NCBI GenBank assembly: GCA_965279525.1
Contig: CBDIIB010000002.1
Coordinates: forward strand, 256,001-320,000
Reading direction: 5' to 3'
Length of the DNA stretch: 64,000 nucleotides
DNA from: Tagaea sp.
GTDB taxonomy: Bacteria; Pseudomonadota; Alphaproteobacteria; CACIAM-22H2
In this document: one piece after another, positions 26,386 to 37,041 of the stretch
How the letters are laid out: each line of letters opens with the position of its first letter
How positions within the stretch are numbered: position 1 is the first letter of the stretch
Notes under the pieces: model-generated
What the model saw: only the letters and a program-made list of their open reading frames with translations
What the model was told of the DNA's origin: nothing
The model's database searches: none
Program-made: the position numbers and the translations under genes

Positions 26386-27089
26386 GACGCCGCCTCGTAC
26401 TGGTCGGGGGCGAGCAGCCGGTAGCCCACGCCGAGCTCCGTGACGATGTAGCGCGGGCGCGCGGCATCCGTCTCGATCTTGTTGCGCAGCTTGCGCATGA
26501 TGATGCGCAGGTAGTGCGAATCCTCCGCGTGGCCCGGGCCCCACACCTCGTTCAGCATCTGCTGGTGCGTCGCGACCTTGCCGGCGTGCCGGGCGAGGAA
26601 TTGCAGCAGCCGGTACTCCTTGGGCGAGAGTTTCACTTCCGTGTCCGCGACGAAGACCTGCCGGCGTGCCATGTCGATGGCGAGATCGCCGACCGCGAAG
26701 CGCGGTTGTACCGCTATTTCGGGAATACGGCGCAGGAGCGCGTTGACGCGCGCCACGAACTCGGCCGCGCCGAAGGGTTTCGTCATGTAGTCGTCGGCGC
26801 CGAGTTCCAGCGCCTTCACCTTGTCGGCCTCGCGGTCGCGCACCGACAGGATCAGCACCGGCACCCACGACCATTCGCGCAGCCGACGCAGAACTTCGAG
26901 CCCGTCCATGTCGCCGAGCTGCAGGTCGAGCACGATGATATCGGCACCCGACATCGGGGCCAGGCGCAACGCCTCGGCACCGCAATCCGCCTCGATCACC
27001 TCGAAGCCCTGGACCGAGAGCCCCGTTCGAAGGAAACGGCGGATCTGCAGTTCGTCGTCGACGACGAGAATCTTGCGCGACTTGGTCAT
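26382..27089 (-). CDS. KdpE-like OmpR-family response regulator
   Basis: ILVVDDELQIRRFL, LDLQLGDMDG, GADDYMTKPF, VWGPGH...YLRI...LRNKIE...PRYIVTELGVGYRL. Confidence 0.9.
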   Translation of the reverse strand: MTKSRKILVVDDELQIRRFLRTGLSVQGFEVIEADCGAEALRLAPMSGADIIVLDLQLGDMDGLEVLRRLREWSWVPVLILSVRDREADKVKALELGADDYMTKPFGAAEFVARVNALLRRIPEIAVQPRFAVGDLAIDMARRQVFVADTEVKLSPKEYRLLQFLARHAGKVATHQQMLNEVWGPGHAEDSHYLRIIMRKLRNKIETDAARPRYIVTELGVGYRLLAPDQYEAAS

Positions 27090-28594
27090 GCGGCTTCGTC
27101 TTCGTCCGCGTAGACGCGTGACTTCGCGACCGGCAGGCGGATGCGCACGACCGTGCCCTGGCCCGGACCAGCGCTTGTCGCTTCGATCGTCCCGCCGCAA
27201 GCCTCGACGAAGGCGCGGCTGATCGCAAGCCCGAGGCCGCTGCCGTGCGGTTCGCCCTGCCCGTCGAACGCGCGGTAGAACCGGTCGAAGATGTGGCGGC
27301 CCTGGTCGGCGGTGAATCCGCGCCCGTGGTCGCGCACGAAGAGTTCGACGCGGTCTGGCGTGTCGGCTGCCGCTCCCACCTCGATCGTCGAGCCGGCGGG
27401 CGCGTACTTGGCGGCGTTTTCCACGATGTTGGCCAGCGCCTGCTCGAGGAGGACGGCATCGGCGCTCGGCATCGCGAGGTCGGCCGGCAGGCTTACCTCG
27501 ACGCGATGGCGTTCGAGCGTGCGGCGGTTCTGGCGCAACGCCACGTCGACGATGTCGACGAGATCCACTGGCTCGATGACGGGCTGCAGGCGCCCCGCGC
27601 GGATGCGCGTCAGGTCGAACATGCGCGCGATGAGCCGGTCGAGACGCGTCGCCTCCTCGCGGATGGTCGCCTTGAGGTCGGCGCGGTCTTTGGGCGAACA
27701 GAGGTCACCGTATCGTTCGAGCGTCGTCGCCGAACCCAGGATGGCGGCCAGAGGCGTGCGCAGGTCGTGCGAGATCGAGCTCAAGATCGCCTCGCGCAGC
27801 GTTTCGGCACGCTGGTCGACGCGGATTTCGTCGATACGCGAGGCAAGGTCGGAGCGGACAAGTACGTTCGCGACGAAGGCGAGAAGCGCATCGACGAACA
27901 ATGGCTCGATCTCCGCCAGGAACCCTTCCGATCCGATCGCGATCAGTCCGGATGGTTCATTGCCATGGCCGATCGCGCGCAGGCACCAGCCTTCGACCTG
28001 GCGCGTGCGTACCGTGCGGCCGGTCTGTTTCCATTCGTCCCACATCGCCGTCGCTGCGGCGAGCTGTGCCTGCCCTGGTGCGTCGCCGCCCGTGACCGCG
28101 ACCTCGGCGAGTGCCGATCCGACCGGCCGGTAGAGGCAGACCGGAGCCCGCGCGAGTCCGTGGATCTCGCGCACGACGAGCTGCGGCAACTCGGCGTAAT
28201 CGACAACCGTCGCGACGCGCCGGCTGAAATCATAGAGCTGGCGCATGCGCGCCTCGCGCTGCCTGGCGCTGTCCGCAGAATGGCGTGCCCAGTCGGCGAC
28301 ACCGCCCACCACCGTCGCGACAAGCGCGAAGACGACGATGTCGAGCGCATGTTCAGGCTCTTCGACGCCGAAGTCGTAGATCGGCGGATAGTGGAAAAAC
28401 CGGACCACCGCGACCGCAAGCGTGACCGCGAAGAGCGCGTGAAGTGGCCCCCACAGCAGTGCCGAAAGAAGCACCGAGGGCACGAACAGAAGCGAGATCG
28501 TCGCGACCGACGCGCTCTGCAGCAGCACGTGCGCGGCGACCGCCGAGAACAGCACCATCGCGGCCGTGAGAGCCATCGGCTTGATGTTTTCCAT
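27086..28594 (-). CDS. KdpD-like sensor histidine kinase lacking the N-terminal KdpD/Usp domains (DUF4118-GAF-HisKA-HATPase)
   Basis: 4 TM with FFHYPPIYDF, QLYDFSRR, ILSSISHDLRTPL, NIVENAAKYAP, DHGRG, GSGLGLAI. Confidence 0.88.
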   Translation of the reverse strand: MENIKPMALTAAMVLFSAVAAHVLLQSASVATISLLFVPSVLLSALLWGPLHALFAVTLAVAVVRFFHYPPIYDFGVEEPEHALDIVVFALVATVVGGVADWARHSADSARQREARMRQLYDFSRRVATVVDYAELPQLVVREIHGLARAPVCLYRPVGSALAEVAVTGGDAPGQAQLAAATAMWDEWKQTGRTVRTRQVEGWCLRAIGHGNEPSGLIAIGSEGFLAEIEPLFVDALLAFVANVLVRSDLASRIDEIRVDQRAETLREAILSSISHDLRTPLAAILGSATTLERYGDLCSPKDRADLKATIREEATRLDRLIARMFDLTRIRAGRLQPVIEPVDLVDIVDVALRQNRRTLERHRVEVSLPADLAMPSADAVLLEQALANIVENAAKYAPAGSTIEVGAAADTPDRVELFVRDHGRGFTADQGRHIFDRFYRAFDGQGEPHGSGLGLAISRAFVEACGGTIEATSAGPGQGTVVRIRLPVAKSRVYADEDEAA

Positions 28595-28764
28595 CCGGCT
28601 CCCGCTCGAATGTTTACGGAAAAGTTATACGACGACCGCATTTCGTGTCGTTGCAATTTTACGCGCATCCAGAGTCTTGTCCACCTGAACGGTAGGCTTT
28701 CGAATGCGTGCCGAGCGAAGAATATCCAATGGCATCACCGGATATGGAAAGGGAGTTCTTGCGA

Positions 28765-30474
28765 ATGAGCGCCAATGCAGCGGCCGTTGCCGCCCCCGCG
28801 CCTATGACGCGCGAAGAGAAGAAGGTCATCCTGGCATCCTCGCTGGGCACCGTCTTCGAGTGGTACGACTTCTATCTCTACGGATCTCTCGCAGCGGTCA
28901 TCGGCGCGCAGTTCTTCAGTGCGTTCCCCGAGGCGCAGCGCAACGTCTTCGCGTTGCTCGCGTTTGCCGCCGGCTTCCTGGTGCGCCCGTTCGGCGCGCT
29001 GGTGTTCGGCCGTCTGGGCGACATGGTGGGGCGCAAGTACACCTTCCTCATCACCATCGTCATCATGGGTGCCTCGACATTCCTCGTCGGCTGCCTGCCC
29101 AGCTACAACTCGATTGGCGTCATCGCGCCGATCGTCCTCATCGCGCTTCGCATGCTCCAGGGCCTCGCCCTGGGCGGCGAATATGGCGGTGCGGCCGTCT
29201 ACGTCGCGGAGCACGCTCCGCAGGGACGCCGCGGCTTCTACACGAGCTGGATCCAGACGACGGCCACGCTCGGCCTGCTGCTGTCGCTGATCGTCATCCT
29301 GACGGTCCGCCTGCAACTCGGCGAGAAAGAGTTCGCCGAATGGGGCTGGCGCATCCCGTTCCTGGTTTCGATCTTCCTGCTCGGGATCTCGGTCTGGATC
29401 CGGCTGCAGATGGAAGAAAGCCCGGCATTCAAGAAGATGAAGGAAGAGGGGACCCACTCCAAGGCGCCGCTCTCGGAAGCCTTCGGCCAGTGGAAAAACG
29501 CGAAGATCGCGCTGCTCGCCCTGCTCGGCCTGGTCGCCGGACAGGCGGTGGTCTGGTACACGGGCCAGTTCTACGCGCTGTTCTTCCTGCAGGCGATCCT
29601 CAAGATCGACCTGTTCACGGCCAACGTGCTGATCGCCTGGTCGCTGGTGTTCGGGACGGGCGGGTTCATCGTCTTCGGGGCCTTGTCAGACAGGATCGGC
29701 CGCAAGCCGATTATCCTGGCCGGCTGCCTGATCGCGGCGGTGACGTACTTCCCGCTGTTCACGGCACTGACCGAAACGGCCGACCCCACGCTGGCGGCAG
29801 CGCAGAAGAACGCGCCCGTCGTCGTCACGGCCGATCCGGCGGACTGCTCGTTCCAGTTCAACCCGACCGGAACGGTGAAGTTCACCAGCTCGTGCGACAT
29901 CGCCAAGTCGTTCCTGGCGCGCAACTCGGTCGCCTACAAGACCGAAGCGGGTGCGCCGGGATCGAACGCGCAGATCGCCATCGGCCCGGTCGTCGTCCCG
30001 TCCTATGACGCCGAGAAACTGGGCGCAGCGGCAGGGGCGGCGGCCACGGCGTTCAACACGGCGGCCACCGCGGCGATCTACGCCGCCGGCTATCCGCGTG
30101 CGAACGACCCAGACAAGGTCAAGGTGACGGGGATATTCGACGTGTTCCGTCCGCAGCCGTTCAAGGTCGTCATCATCCTGACGATCATGGTCATCTACGT
30201 GACCATGGTGTACGGCCCGATCGCGGCGGCCCTGGTCGAACTCTTCCCGACCCGCATCCGCTACACCTCGATGTCGCTGCCCTACCACATCGGCAACGGC
30301 TGGTTCGGCGGGCTGCTGCCGGCCACGTCGTTCGCGATGGTCGCCCAGACCGGCGATATCTATTACGGCCTCTGGTACCCGATCGTCGTGGCGCTCGGCA
30401 CCTGCGTCATCGGGTTGCTGTTCGTGCCCGAAACCAAGGACCGCGACATCTACACCTACGAGGGCCAGCGCTAG
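28765..30474 (+). CDS. MHS-family MFS transporter (metabolite:H+ symporter)
   Basis: ASSLGTVFEWYDF, RPFGALVFGRLGD, GGEYGGA, WGWRIPF, DRIGRKP, ELFPTRIRYTSMSLPYH; GGGAG RBS. Confidence 0.92.
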   Translation: MSANAAAVAAPAPMTREEKKVILASSLGTVFEWYDFYLYGSLAAVIGAQFFSAFPEAQRNVFALLAFAAGFLVRPFGALVFGRLGDMVGRKYTFLITIVIMGASTFLVGCLPSYNSIGVIAPIVLIALRMLQGLALGGEYGGAAVYVAEHAPQGRRGFYTSWIQTTATLGLLLSLIVILTVRLQLGEKEFAEWGWRIPFLVSIFLLGISVWIRLQMEESPAFKKMKEEGTHSKAPLSEAFGQWKNAKIALLALLGLVAGQAVVWYTGQFYALFFLQAILKIDLFTANVLIAWSLVFGTGGFIVFGALSDRIGRKPIILAGCLIAAVTYFPLFTALTETADPTLAAAQKNAPVVVTADPADCSFQFNPTGTVKFTSSCDIAKSFLARNSVAYKTEAGAPGSNAQIAIGPVVVPSYDAEKLGAAAGAAATAFNTAATAAIYAAGYPRANDPDKVKVTGIFDVFRPQPFKVVIILTIMVIYVTMVYGPIAAALVELFPTRIRYTSMSLPYHIGNGWFGGLLPATSFAMVAQTGDIYYGLWYPIVVALGTCVIGLLFVPETKDRDIYTYEGQR

Positions 30475-30554
30475 GCACCTCGCACGTCTCGCCCGTCCGG
30501 CTTGCGCCGGACGGGCCGGGTAGTCTCCACCGGCGTGGACCTACCCCAACTCGG

Positions 30555-30586
30555 AGGGCTCCGCCTTGCGGCGGGGCCCTTTTTTT
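30555..30586 (+). terminator. Rho-independent terminator
   Basis: AGGGCTCCGCC-ttgc-GGCGGGGCCCT stem-loop followed by a T-run. Confidence 0.8.
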
Positions 30587-30637
30587 GTCTCTTTTGCATC
30601 GGTTGCCCTTGCGGTCCATTGAGCCTATGTTCCGCCT

Positions 30638-30800
30638 TGGACGGGGCTGCGGGGTGCGTTCAGGCACGCGTATTCCCCGGGGCGATAATAACTCCTAGGG
30701 GGCTGTCCCTATCGGCATCTTGGTGCTGACATATGGCCCCCACCTGCTGTTAGCGGGCCACGGAGGAAAGCAACGCCGACGGCCACTGTGGCTCCGTCCA
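30638..30800 (+). ncRNA. ssrS: 6S RNA
   Basis: Terminal stem TGGACGGGGCTGCGG / CTGTGGCTCCGTCCA; internal GGGGGCTGTCCCT...ATGGCCCCCACCT typical of alphaproteobacterial 6S; canonical position upstream of ygfA. Confidence 0.85.
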
Positions 30801-30862
30801 CCTTCCCTGACGACCCCCGCCCCTGATGCCCCCGATCGGAAGTCGCAAGGCCGCCTCAGTCC

Positions 30863-31504
30863 GTGACCGCGCTCCCGCCCCGCAACGAGGAACTCGACGA
30901 CGCCAAGGCCGAGCTGCGCGTGGCCGCGCGCGAGCGGCGCGAGCGTTTCCACGCGATCGATGGTGCCGGTGCCGCGCGCGCCGTGCGCGACCGCTTCCTT
31001 GCAAAGGTGCCGCTCGCGCACGATGCCGTCGTCGCCGGCTATTGGCCCTTCGGCGCCGAACTCGACCCCATGCCGCTGCTCCACGCACTCCACCAGCGCG
31101 GCCACCGGCTTGCCCTGCCGGTCGTCGTGCGGCGGCGGGCACCGCTGATCTTCCGCCGGTGGCAGCCCGGCGACGAGATGGATACCCACCGCTTCGGCAT
31201 GAGCGAGCCCAGATCCACGAGCCCCGAGATCGATCCCGACATGCTGCTCTGTCCGTTGCTCGCCTTCGACGGCGAGGGCAACCGCATCGGCTATGGCGGC
31301 GGGTTCTACGACCGCACGATCCTCCAGCAGCGGCACTTCCATCCGATGCGCACGGTCGGGCTCGCCTATTCGGTCCAGCGCGTCGAGCGCATCCCGACCA
31401 CCATCCACGACCAGAAGCTCGACTGGGTCGTCACCGAGAAGGAAGCGCTGTCGATGCGGACGGACAAGAAGGCCCAGGGCTGGATGTCGTGGTGGCCGTG
31501 GTGA
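30863..31504 (+). CDS. ygfA: 5-formyltetrahydrofolate cyclo-ligase
   Basis: KAELR, AGYWPFGAELDP, LALPVV, PLLAFD..GNRIGYGGGFYDRT, HDQKLDWVVTE. Confidence 0.93.
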   Translation: MTALPPRNEELDDAKAELRVAARERRERFHAIDGAGAARAVRDRFLAKVPLAHDAVVAGYWPFGAELDPMPLLHALHQRGHRLALPVVVRRRAPLIFRRWQPGDEMDTHRFGMSEPRSTSPEIDPDMLLCPLLAFDGEGNRIGYGGGFYDRTILQQRHFHPMRTVGLAYSVQRVERIPTTIHDQKLDWVVTEKEALSMRTDKKAQGWMSWWPW

Positions 31505-32313
31505 AGCTGCTTTTCCTCGGCGACATCGTCGGCCGTTCGGGGCGCGACGCGGTGGCGCGCCACCTGCCGGGCTTGCGCAAGTCGCTCGGCCTCGATTTCG
31601 TCGTCGCCAACGGCGAGAACGCGGCCGGCGGTTTCGGCATCACCGACAAGATCGCGCTTGAGCTTTATGCCGCCGGCGTCGACTGCATCACGACCGGCAA
31701 CCATGTGTGGGACCAGCGCGAGCTGATGCTGACGATCGACCGCGATCCCAAGCTGCTGCGGCCGCTCAACTTCCCCAAGGGCACGCCGGGCAAGGGGGCA
31801 GGGGTCTACCGCCTGTCGGGCGGCCAGTCGATCGTCGTCGTCAATGTCATGGCGCGCCTTTTCATGGACGCGCTCGACGATCCGTTCGCGGCGGTCGAAA
31901 CGCTTCTGGGCCAGCACAAGCTTGGCGCCGGCGGTATTGGCGCCATCCTGATCGACGTGCATGGCGAGGCGTCGAGCGAGAAATACGCGCTCGGCCATTT
32001 CTGCGACGGGCGCGCATCGCTCGTCGTCGGCTCGCACAGCCACGTGCCCACGGCCGACGCGCAGGTGCTGACCGGCGGGACCGGCTACCAGACCGACGCC
32101 GGCATGTGCGGCGACTACGATTCCGTCATCGGCATGAAGAAGGAAGCCGCCGTGCAGCGCTTCGTGCGCAAGCTGCCCGGCGAGCGGCTGACACCGGCCG
32201 AAGGCGAGGGCACGCTGTGCGCGATCTACGCCGAACTCGGCCCCAACGGCCTCGCCACGCGCGTGGCGCCGGTGCGCGTCGGCGGCAGGCTCATTCCGGC
32301 GATGCCGGGATGA
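31501..32313 (+). CDS. ymdB: YmdB/TIGR00282 metallophosphoesterase
   Basis: LFLGDIVGRSGR, NGENAAGGFG, TGNHVWD, DVHGEASSEK, GSHSHVPTAD, TDAGMCG. Confidence 0.92.
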   Translation: MKLLFLGDIVGRSGRDAVARHLPGLRKSLGLDFVVANGENAAGGFGITDKIALELYAAGVDCITTGNHVWDQRELMLTIDRDPKLLRPLNFPKGTPGKGAGVYRLSGGQSIVVVNVMARLFMDALDDPFAAVETLLGQHKLGAGGIGAILIDVHGEASSEKYALGHFCDGRASLVVGSHSHVPTADAQVLTGGTGYQTDAGMCGDYDSVIGMKKEAAVQRFVRKLPGERLTPAEGEGTLCAIYAELGPNGLATRVAPVRVGGRLIPAMPG

Positions 32314-32421
32314 GAGGCATACGGGAACAAACCGTGACTGCCGGCTAGGTTTGGTATAGATTTCACGCTGAATCCCTTATATCTAGCCGATTCGCACGCG
32401 ATCCGAGCGGGACTTCAGGAC

Positions 32422-33176
32422 ATGGCCGGCCATTCCCAGTTCAAGAACATCATGCACCGCAAGGGCAAGCAGGACGCCCGCCGCGGAAAGATATTCACCA
32501 AGATCATCCGCGAGATCACCGTTTCGGCCCGCAACGGGTCGCCCGATCCCGCCGCCAATCCGCGCCTGCGGGCCGCGATGATCGCGGCCCGCGCCGAGAA
32601 CATGCCCAAGGACACGATGCGACCGCGCGATCCGCCGCGGCTCGGGCCAGGAAGACGGCGTGGTCTACGAGGAGTTCCGCTACGAAGGCTACGGCCCCGG
32701 CGGTGTCGCGATCATCGTCGAGGCGATGACCGAAAACCGCAACCGCACGGCGCCGGAAATCCGCACGATCTTCTCCAAGCATGGCGGCACGCTCGGCGAA
32801 GCCAACTCGGTCGCGTACAATTTCGCGCGCGTCGGCCAGATCGTCTTTCCGGCCGCGAAGATCGCCGCCGACGCGTTCCTCGACGCCGCCATCGATGCCG
32901 GTGCCGACGACGTCGAAAGCGGCGCCGACGCGCATGTCGCGACCTGCTCGGTCGATGCGTTCGGCGCGGTGCGTTCGGCACTGGAAGCGAAGTTCGGCGA
33001 ACCAAAAATCCGCTGCCCTCGTCTTCAAGCCCAGTGTCAGCGTGCCGCTCGACGAGGTGCAGGCGCGCGAGGTCATCGATCTCGTCGAAGCGCTCGAGGA
33101 CAACGACGACGTCCAGACCGTCACCGCGAATTTCGAGGTTTCGGACGCCGTCCTCGCCAAGCTTTCGGCGGCCTGA
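32422..33176 (+). pseudogene. yebC: YebC/PmpR-family protein, split by two +1 shifts as assembled (probably sequence error)
   Basis: [19 protein letters not shown] (first frame), [23 protein letters not shown] (second frame), [14 protein letters not shown] (third frame); extra bases near 32619 and in the A-run at 33004-33008. Confidence 0.88.
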
Positions 33177-33181
33177 GCGGC

Positions 33182-33694
33182 ATGCGCCTCATCGGCATCG
33201 ATCCCGGCCTTCGGACGACCGGCTGGGGCGTGATCGAGGCCGAAGGCAACCGTCTGACGCATGTCGCCAACGGGCGCATCGTCAGCGACAGCACGGCGAC
33301 GATGGCCGAGCGGCTGGTGCAGCTGCATGACGGGCTGATCGAGGTGCTCGAGCGCTGGCAGCCCGACGAAGCGGCCGTCGAGGAAACCTTCGTCAACGTC
33401 AATCCCGCGTCCACGCTGAAGCTCGGTCAGGCGCGCGGCATCGCGCTGCTTGCACCCGCGCGCAAGGGCCTGCCGGTGGCCGAATATGCCGCCAACGCAG
33501 TCAAGAAGGCGGTCGTGGGTGCGGGGCACGCCGACAAGGCGCAGATCCAGATGATGGTGAAGCGCCTGATGCCCGGCGTGTCGTTCGCAGGCCCCGATGC
33601 CGCCGACGCGCTCGCCATCGCCATCTGCCATGCGCACCACGCCGCCAGCCGCAACGCGTGGGCCAAGGGCACGGTCATGGCGGGTGCGCCATGA
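33182..33694 (+). CDS. ruvC: Holliday junction resolvase RuvC
   Basis: [54 protein letters not shown]. Confidence 0.96.
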   Translation: MRLIGIDPGLRTTGWGVIEAEGNRLTHVANGRIVSDSTATMAERLVQLHDGLIEVLERWQPDEAAVEETFVNVNPASTLKLGQARGIALLAPARKGLPVAEYAANAVKKAVVGAGHADKAQIQMMVKRLMPGVSFAGPDAADALAIAICHAHHAASRNAWAKGTVMAGAP

Positions 33695-34314
33695 TCGCGA
33701 AGCTCAAGGGCCGCGTGGACGAACGCAACAAGGACAACTGCGTCATCGACGTGAACGGCGTGGGCTATCTCGTGCGCGCGTCGTCGCGCACGCTGGCCGC
33801 GTTGCCGGCCGCGGGCGAGGCGTGCCTGCTGCACATCGAGACCAGTATCCGCGAGGACGCGTTCGAGCTGTTCGGCTTCCTCGTTCCCGAAGAGCGCGAT
33901 TGCTACCGCCTGCTCACCAGCGTGCAGGGCGTGGGTCCGAAGGCGGCCCTCGCGTTGCTGTCGGCGCTGGCGCCCGGCGAGATCGCGGCCGCGATCCTTG
34001 TCGACGACAAGGGCACGCTGACGCGCGCCGACGGCGTGGGGCCGAAGCTTGCCATGCGCATCGCCTCGGAACTGAAGGACAAGGTCGCCGCCCTCGGGCT
34101 GGCGCTCGCGGCCGGCAAGGCCGGCGGCGGGATTTCGGTTGCCGGTGCGGCACCTGCCGGCGGGGCCGCGGCCGACGCGGTCTCGGCACTCGTCAATCTC
34201 GGCTACAAGCGCGCCGAGGCGGTCGCCGCAGTCAACAAGGCGGTCAAGAAGCTGGGCGAGGGGGCGCGCGTCGAAGCGCTGATCCCGGCCGGCCTGTCGG
34301 AGCTGGGCGCATGA
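33691..34314 (+). CDS. ruvA: Holliday junction DNA-binding protein RuvA
   Basis: [61 protein letters not shown]. Confidence 0.96.
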   Translation: MIAKLKGRVDERNKDNCVIDVNGVGYLVRASSRTLAALPAAGEACLLHIETSIREDAFELFGFLVPEERDCYRLLTSVQGVGPKAALALLSALAPGEIAAAILVDDKGTLTRADGVGPKLAMRIASELKDKVAALGLALAAGKAGGGISVAGAAPAGGAAADAVSALVNLGYKRAEAVAAVNKAVKKLGEGARVEALIPAGLSELGA

Positions 34315-35382
34315 GCAAGCCCAAGCAAGATGCCGTGCCCCCGCGCGACGTGACGCGCGAAGCGATCGCCGAGGACGCGCCCGAGCAGAAGATCCGGCCG
34401 CTGTCGCTCGACGATTTCGTCGGCCAGCGCCAGGTGCGCGAGAACCTGCGCGTGTTCGTCGAGGCCGCGCGCGGGCGCGGCGAAGCGCTCGACCATGTGC
34501 TGCTGCACGGGCCGCCGGGGCTGGGCAAAACCACGCTTGCCCAGATCGTCGCCAAGGAACTGGGCGTGGGCTTCCGCGCCACGTCGGGCCCTGTCATCGC
34601 GCGTGCGGGCGACCTTGCGGCGTTGCTGACGAACCTGCAGCCGCGCGATGTCCTTTTCATCGACGAGATCCACCGGCTCGCCCCTGCGGTCGAGGAAATC
34701 CTCTATCCCGCGATGGAGGATTTCCAGCTCGACCTCATCATCGGCGAGGGGCCGGCGGCGCGCTCGGTGCGCATCGACCTGCCGCCCTTCACGCTGGTGG
34801 GGGCGACGACGCGCGCGGGCCTCGTCACCACGCCGCTGCGCGACCGTTTCGGCATCCCGCTGCGCCTCGTGTTCTATTCGCCCGACGAGCTCGAAGCCAT
34901 CGTGCGCCGCGCTGCCGGCGTGCTGGGCTGCACGCTGGCGCAGGATGGCGCGCGCGAGATCGCCAAGCGTTGCCGCGGCACGCCGCGCATCGCCGGCAGG
35001 CTGTTGCGCCGCGTGCGCGATTTCGCCGCCGTCGCGGGCCTTGCCACGATCGACCGCAAGGCGGCCGACGCCGCACTCGCCCGCCTCGAAGTCGATTTCC
35101 TCGGTCTCGACGCGATGGACCGGCGCTACATGACGTGCATCGCGGAGAATTACGGCGGCGGTCCGGTCGGCGTGGAAACGCTGGCGGCGGCCCTGGCCGA
35201 GCAGCGCGACACGATCGAGGAAGTCATCGAGCCGTTCCTGATCCAGGAAGGCCTGCTGCTGCGCACGCCGCGCGGGCGCGTGCTGGGCGAGAAGGGCTGG
35301 CGCCATCTGGGCCTGACCCCGCCGGCCGGTGCCCAGGTGCAGCTCGATTTCGTGGCTCCCGATCGAAGGCGAGGGGCCATGA
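34311..35382 (+). CDS. ruvB: Holliday junction helicase RuvB (reads in frame into ybgC as assembled; likely +1 C at 35358-35360)
   Basis: [72 protein letters not shown]. Confidence 0.95.
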
Positions 35383-35807
35383 ACGCGCCGCATGTCTTCC
35401 GCACCCGCGTCTACTACGAGGATACCGATGCCGCCGGCATCGTCTATTACGCGAACTACCTCAAATTCGCCGAGCGCGCGCGCACCGAGATCCTGCGCGA
35501 TGCCGGCATCGTGCAGCGCGAAATGGCCGAGGAAATGGGCGTCGCCTTCGCGGTGCGCTCGGTCAATGTCGAGTATCTGAAGCCCGCCCGGCTCGACGAC
35601 GCGCTCGTCGTCGAATCGACCATCGTCGCGGTCGGCGGGGCCACCGCCGACGGCATGCAGATCGTGCGGCGGGAAGAGGACGGAGCCGAGCTTGCCCGCG
35701 TTTCGGTCAAGCTGGCATGCCTGAAACTCGCTGGCGGGCAGCCGACCCGCATGCCCGAAGCCGTCCGCACCGCCCTTTCGCGCCATATTGTCGTCACGAA
35801 AGCCTGA
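35379..35807 (+). CDS. ybgC: Tol-Pal-associated acyl-CoA thioesterase YbgC
   Basis: [37 protein letters not shown]. Confidence 0.92.
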   Translation: MNAPHVFRTRVYYEDTDAAGIVYYANYLKFAERARTEILRDAGIVQREMAEEMGVAFAVRSVNVEYLKPARLDDALVVESTIVAVGGATADGMQIVRREEDGAELARVSVKLACLKLAGGQPTRMPEAVRTALSRHIVVTKA

Positions 35808-35838
35808 GACAACCCGAACTTTCCAGGAAAGCAGAGAA

Positions 35839-36564
35839 ATGGACCGTACCGTCGAAGCGACCGCCCTGGCCGGCACCGGCATGCCGGAGTTCACGCCCTG
35901 GGCCCTGTTCCTGCACGCCGATCTGGTCGGCCAGTTCGTCGTCCTGGTCCTCGTGATCGCGTCCTTCTGGACCTGGGCCATCGTCATCGACAAGTGGCTG
36001 CGCCTGCGCCGGCTGCAGGCGGCCGCCAACCAGTTCGAGGATCAGTTCTGGTCCGGTGGATCGCTCGAGGATCTCTACGACCGCGTGGGCAACCAGCCCG
36101 CCGATCCGATGACCGCAATGTTCGGCGCCGCGATGCGCGAATGGCGCCGCACGGCCGCCAAGGGGCTGGTCGCCGCGGGCCAGATGCGCGCGTCCTTGCA
36201 GGCGCGCATCGAGCGCGTGATGCAGGTCACGCTGTCGCGCGAGATGGACCGGCTCGAAAAGCAGATGACGTTCCTCGCCTCGGTCGGCTCGACGGCACCG
36301 TTCATCGGCCTGTTCGGCACGGTGTGGGGCATCATGCGTTCGTTCCATTCGATCGGCGTCACGAAGAACACGTCGATCGCGTCGGTCGCACCGGGCCTCG
36401 CCGAAGCGCTGTTCGCCACCGCACTGGGGCTCATCGCCGCGATCCCGGCGGTCATCGCCTACAACAAGATCTCGACCGAGCTCAACCGCTATGCGGGCCG
36501 GCTCGAGACGTTCTCCTCCGAGTTCGGCGCGATCCTGTCGCGCCAGCTCGAAGAGAAGAACTGA
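35839..36564 (+). CDS. tolQ: TolQ
   Basis: FEDQFWSGGSLEDLY, FLASVGSTAPFIGLFGTVWGIM, VAPGLAEALFATALGLIAAIPAV. Confidence 0.95.
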   Translation: MDRTVEATALAGTGMPEFTPWALFLHADLVGQFVVLVLVIASFWTWAIVIDKWLRLRRLQAAANQFEDQFWSGGSLEDLYDRVGNQPADPMTAMFGAAMREWRRTAAKGLVAAGQMRASLQARIERVMQVTLSREMDRLEKQMTFLASVGSTAPFIGLFGTVWGIMRSFHSIGVTKNTSIASVAPGLAEALFATALGLIAAIPAVIAYNKISTELNRYAGRLETFSSEFGAILSRQLEEKN

Positions 36565-36567
36565 GCC

Positions 36568-37035
36568 ATGGCCGGACCCCTGATGCAGTCGGGACGCCGC
36601 GGGACATCGCGCCGCGGGGCACGCCTCGTGGCCGAGATCAACGTCACGCCGTTCGTCGACGTGATGCTGGTGCTGCTCGTCATCTTCATGATCACGGCGC
36701 CGCTGCTGACCTCGACCGTGCAGGTGGACCTTCCGCAGACGCAGGCTGCCCGCGCGTCGGGCCAGGACGAGCCGCTGGTGGTCAGCGTCAATTCCGGCGG
36801 CAAGGTCTTCCTGATGGACAGCGAGCTCGAGCTCGACGGGCTGATCGCGCGCCTGCGCGCCATCACGAACAACAACAACGAGGCGCGCATCTTCGTGCGC
36901 GGCGACAAGGCGATCAATTACGGCCGCGTGCTGGAAGTGATGGGGGCGATCTCCGCTGCCGGCTACACGAAAGTGGCGCTTGTCGCCGAAGTGCCGACCG
37001 GTGCGCGCGCCGGCCAGCCGGCACCGCGGCGCTAG
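36568..37035 (+). CDS. tolR: TolR
   Basis: EINVTPFVDVMLVLLVIFMITAP, VDLP, VRGDKAINYG. Confidence 0.95.
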   Translation: MAGPLMQSGRRGTSRRGARLVAEINVTPFVDVMLVLLVIFMITAPLLTSTVQVDLPQTQAARASGQDEPLVVSVNSGGKVFLMDSELELDGLIARLRAITNNNNEARIFVRGDKAINYGRVLEVMGAISAAGYTKVALVAEVPTGARAGQPAPRR

Positions 37036-37041
37036 GAAGCG

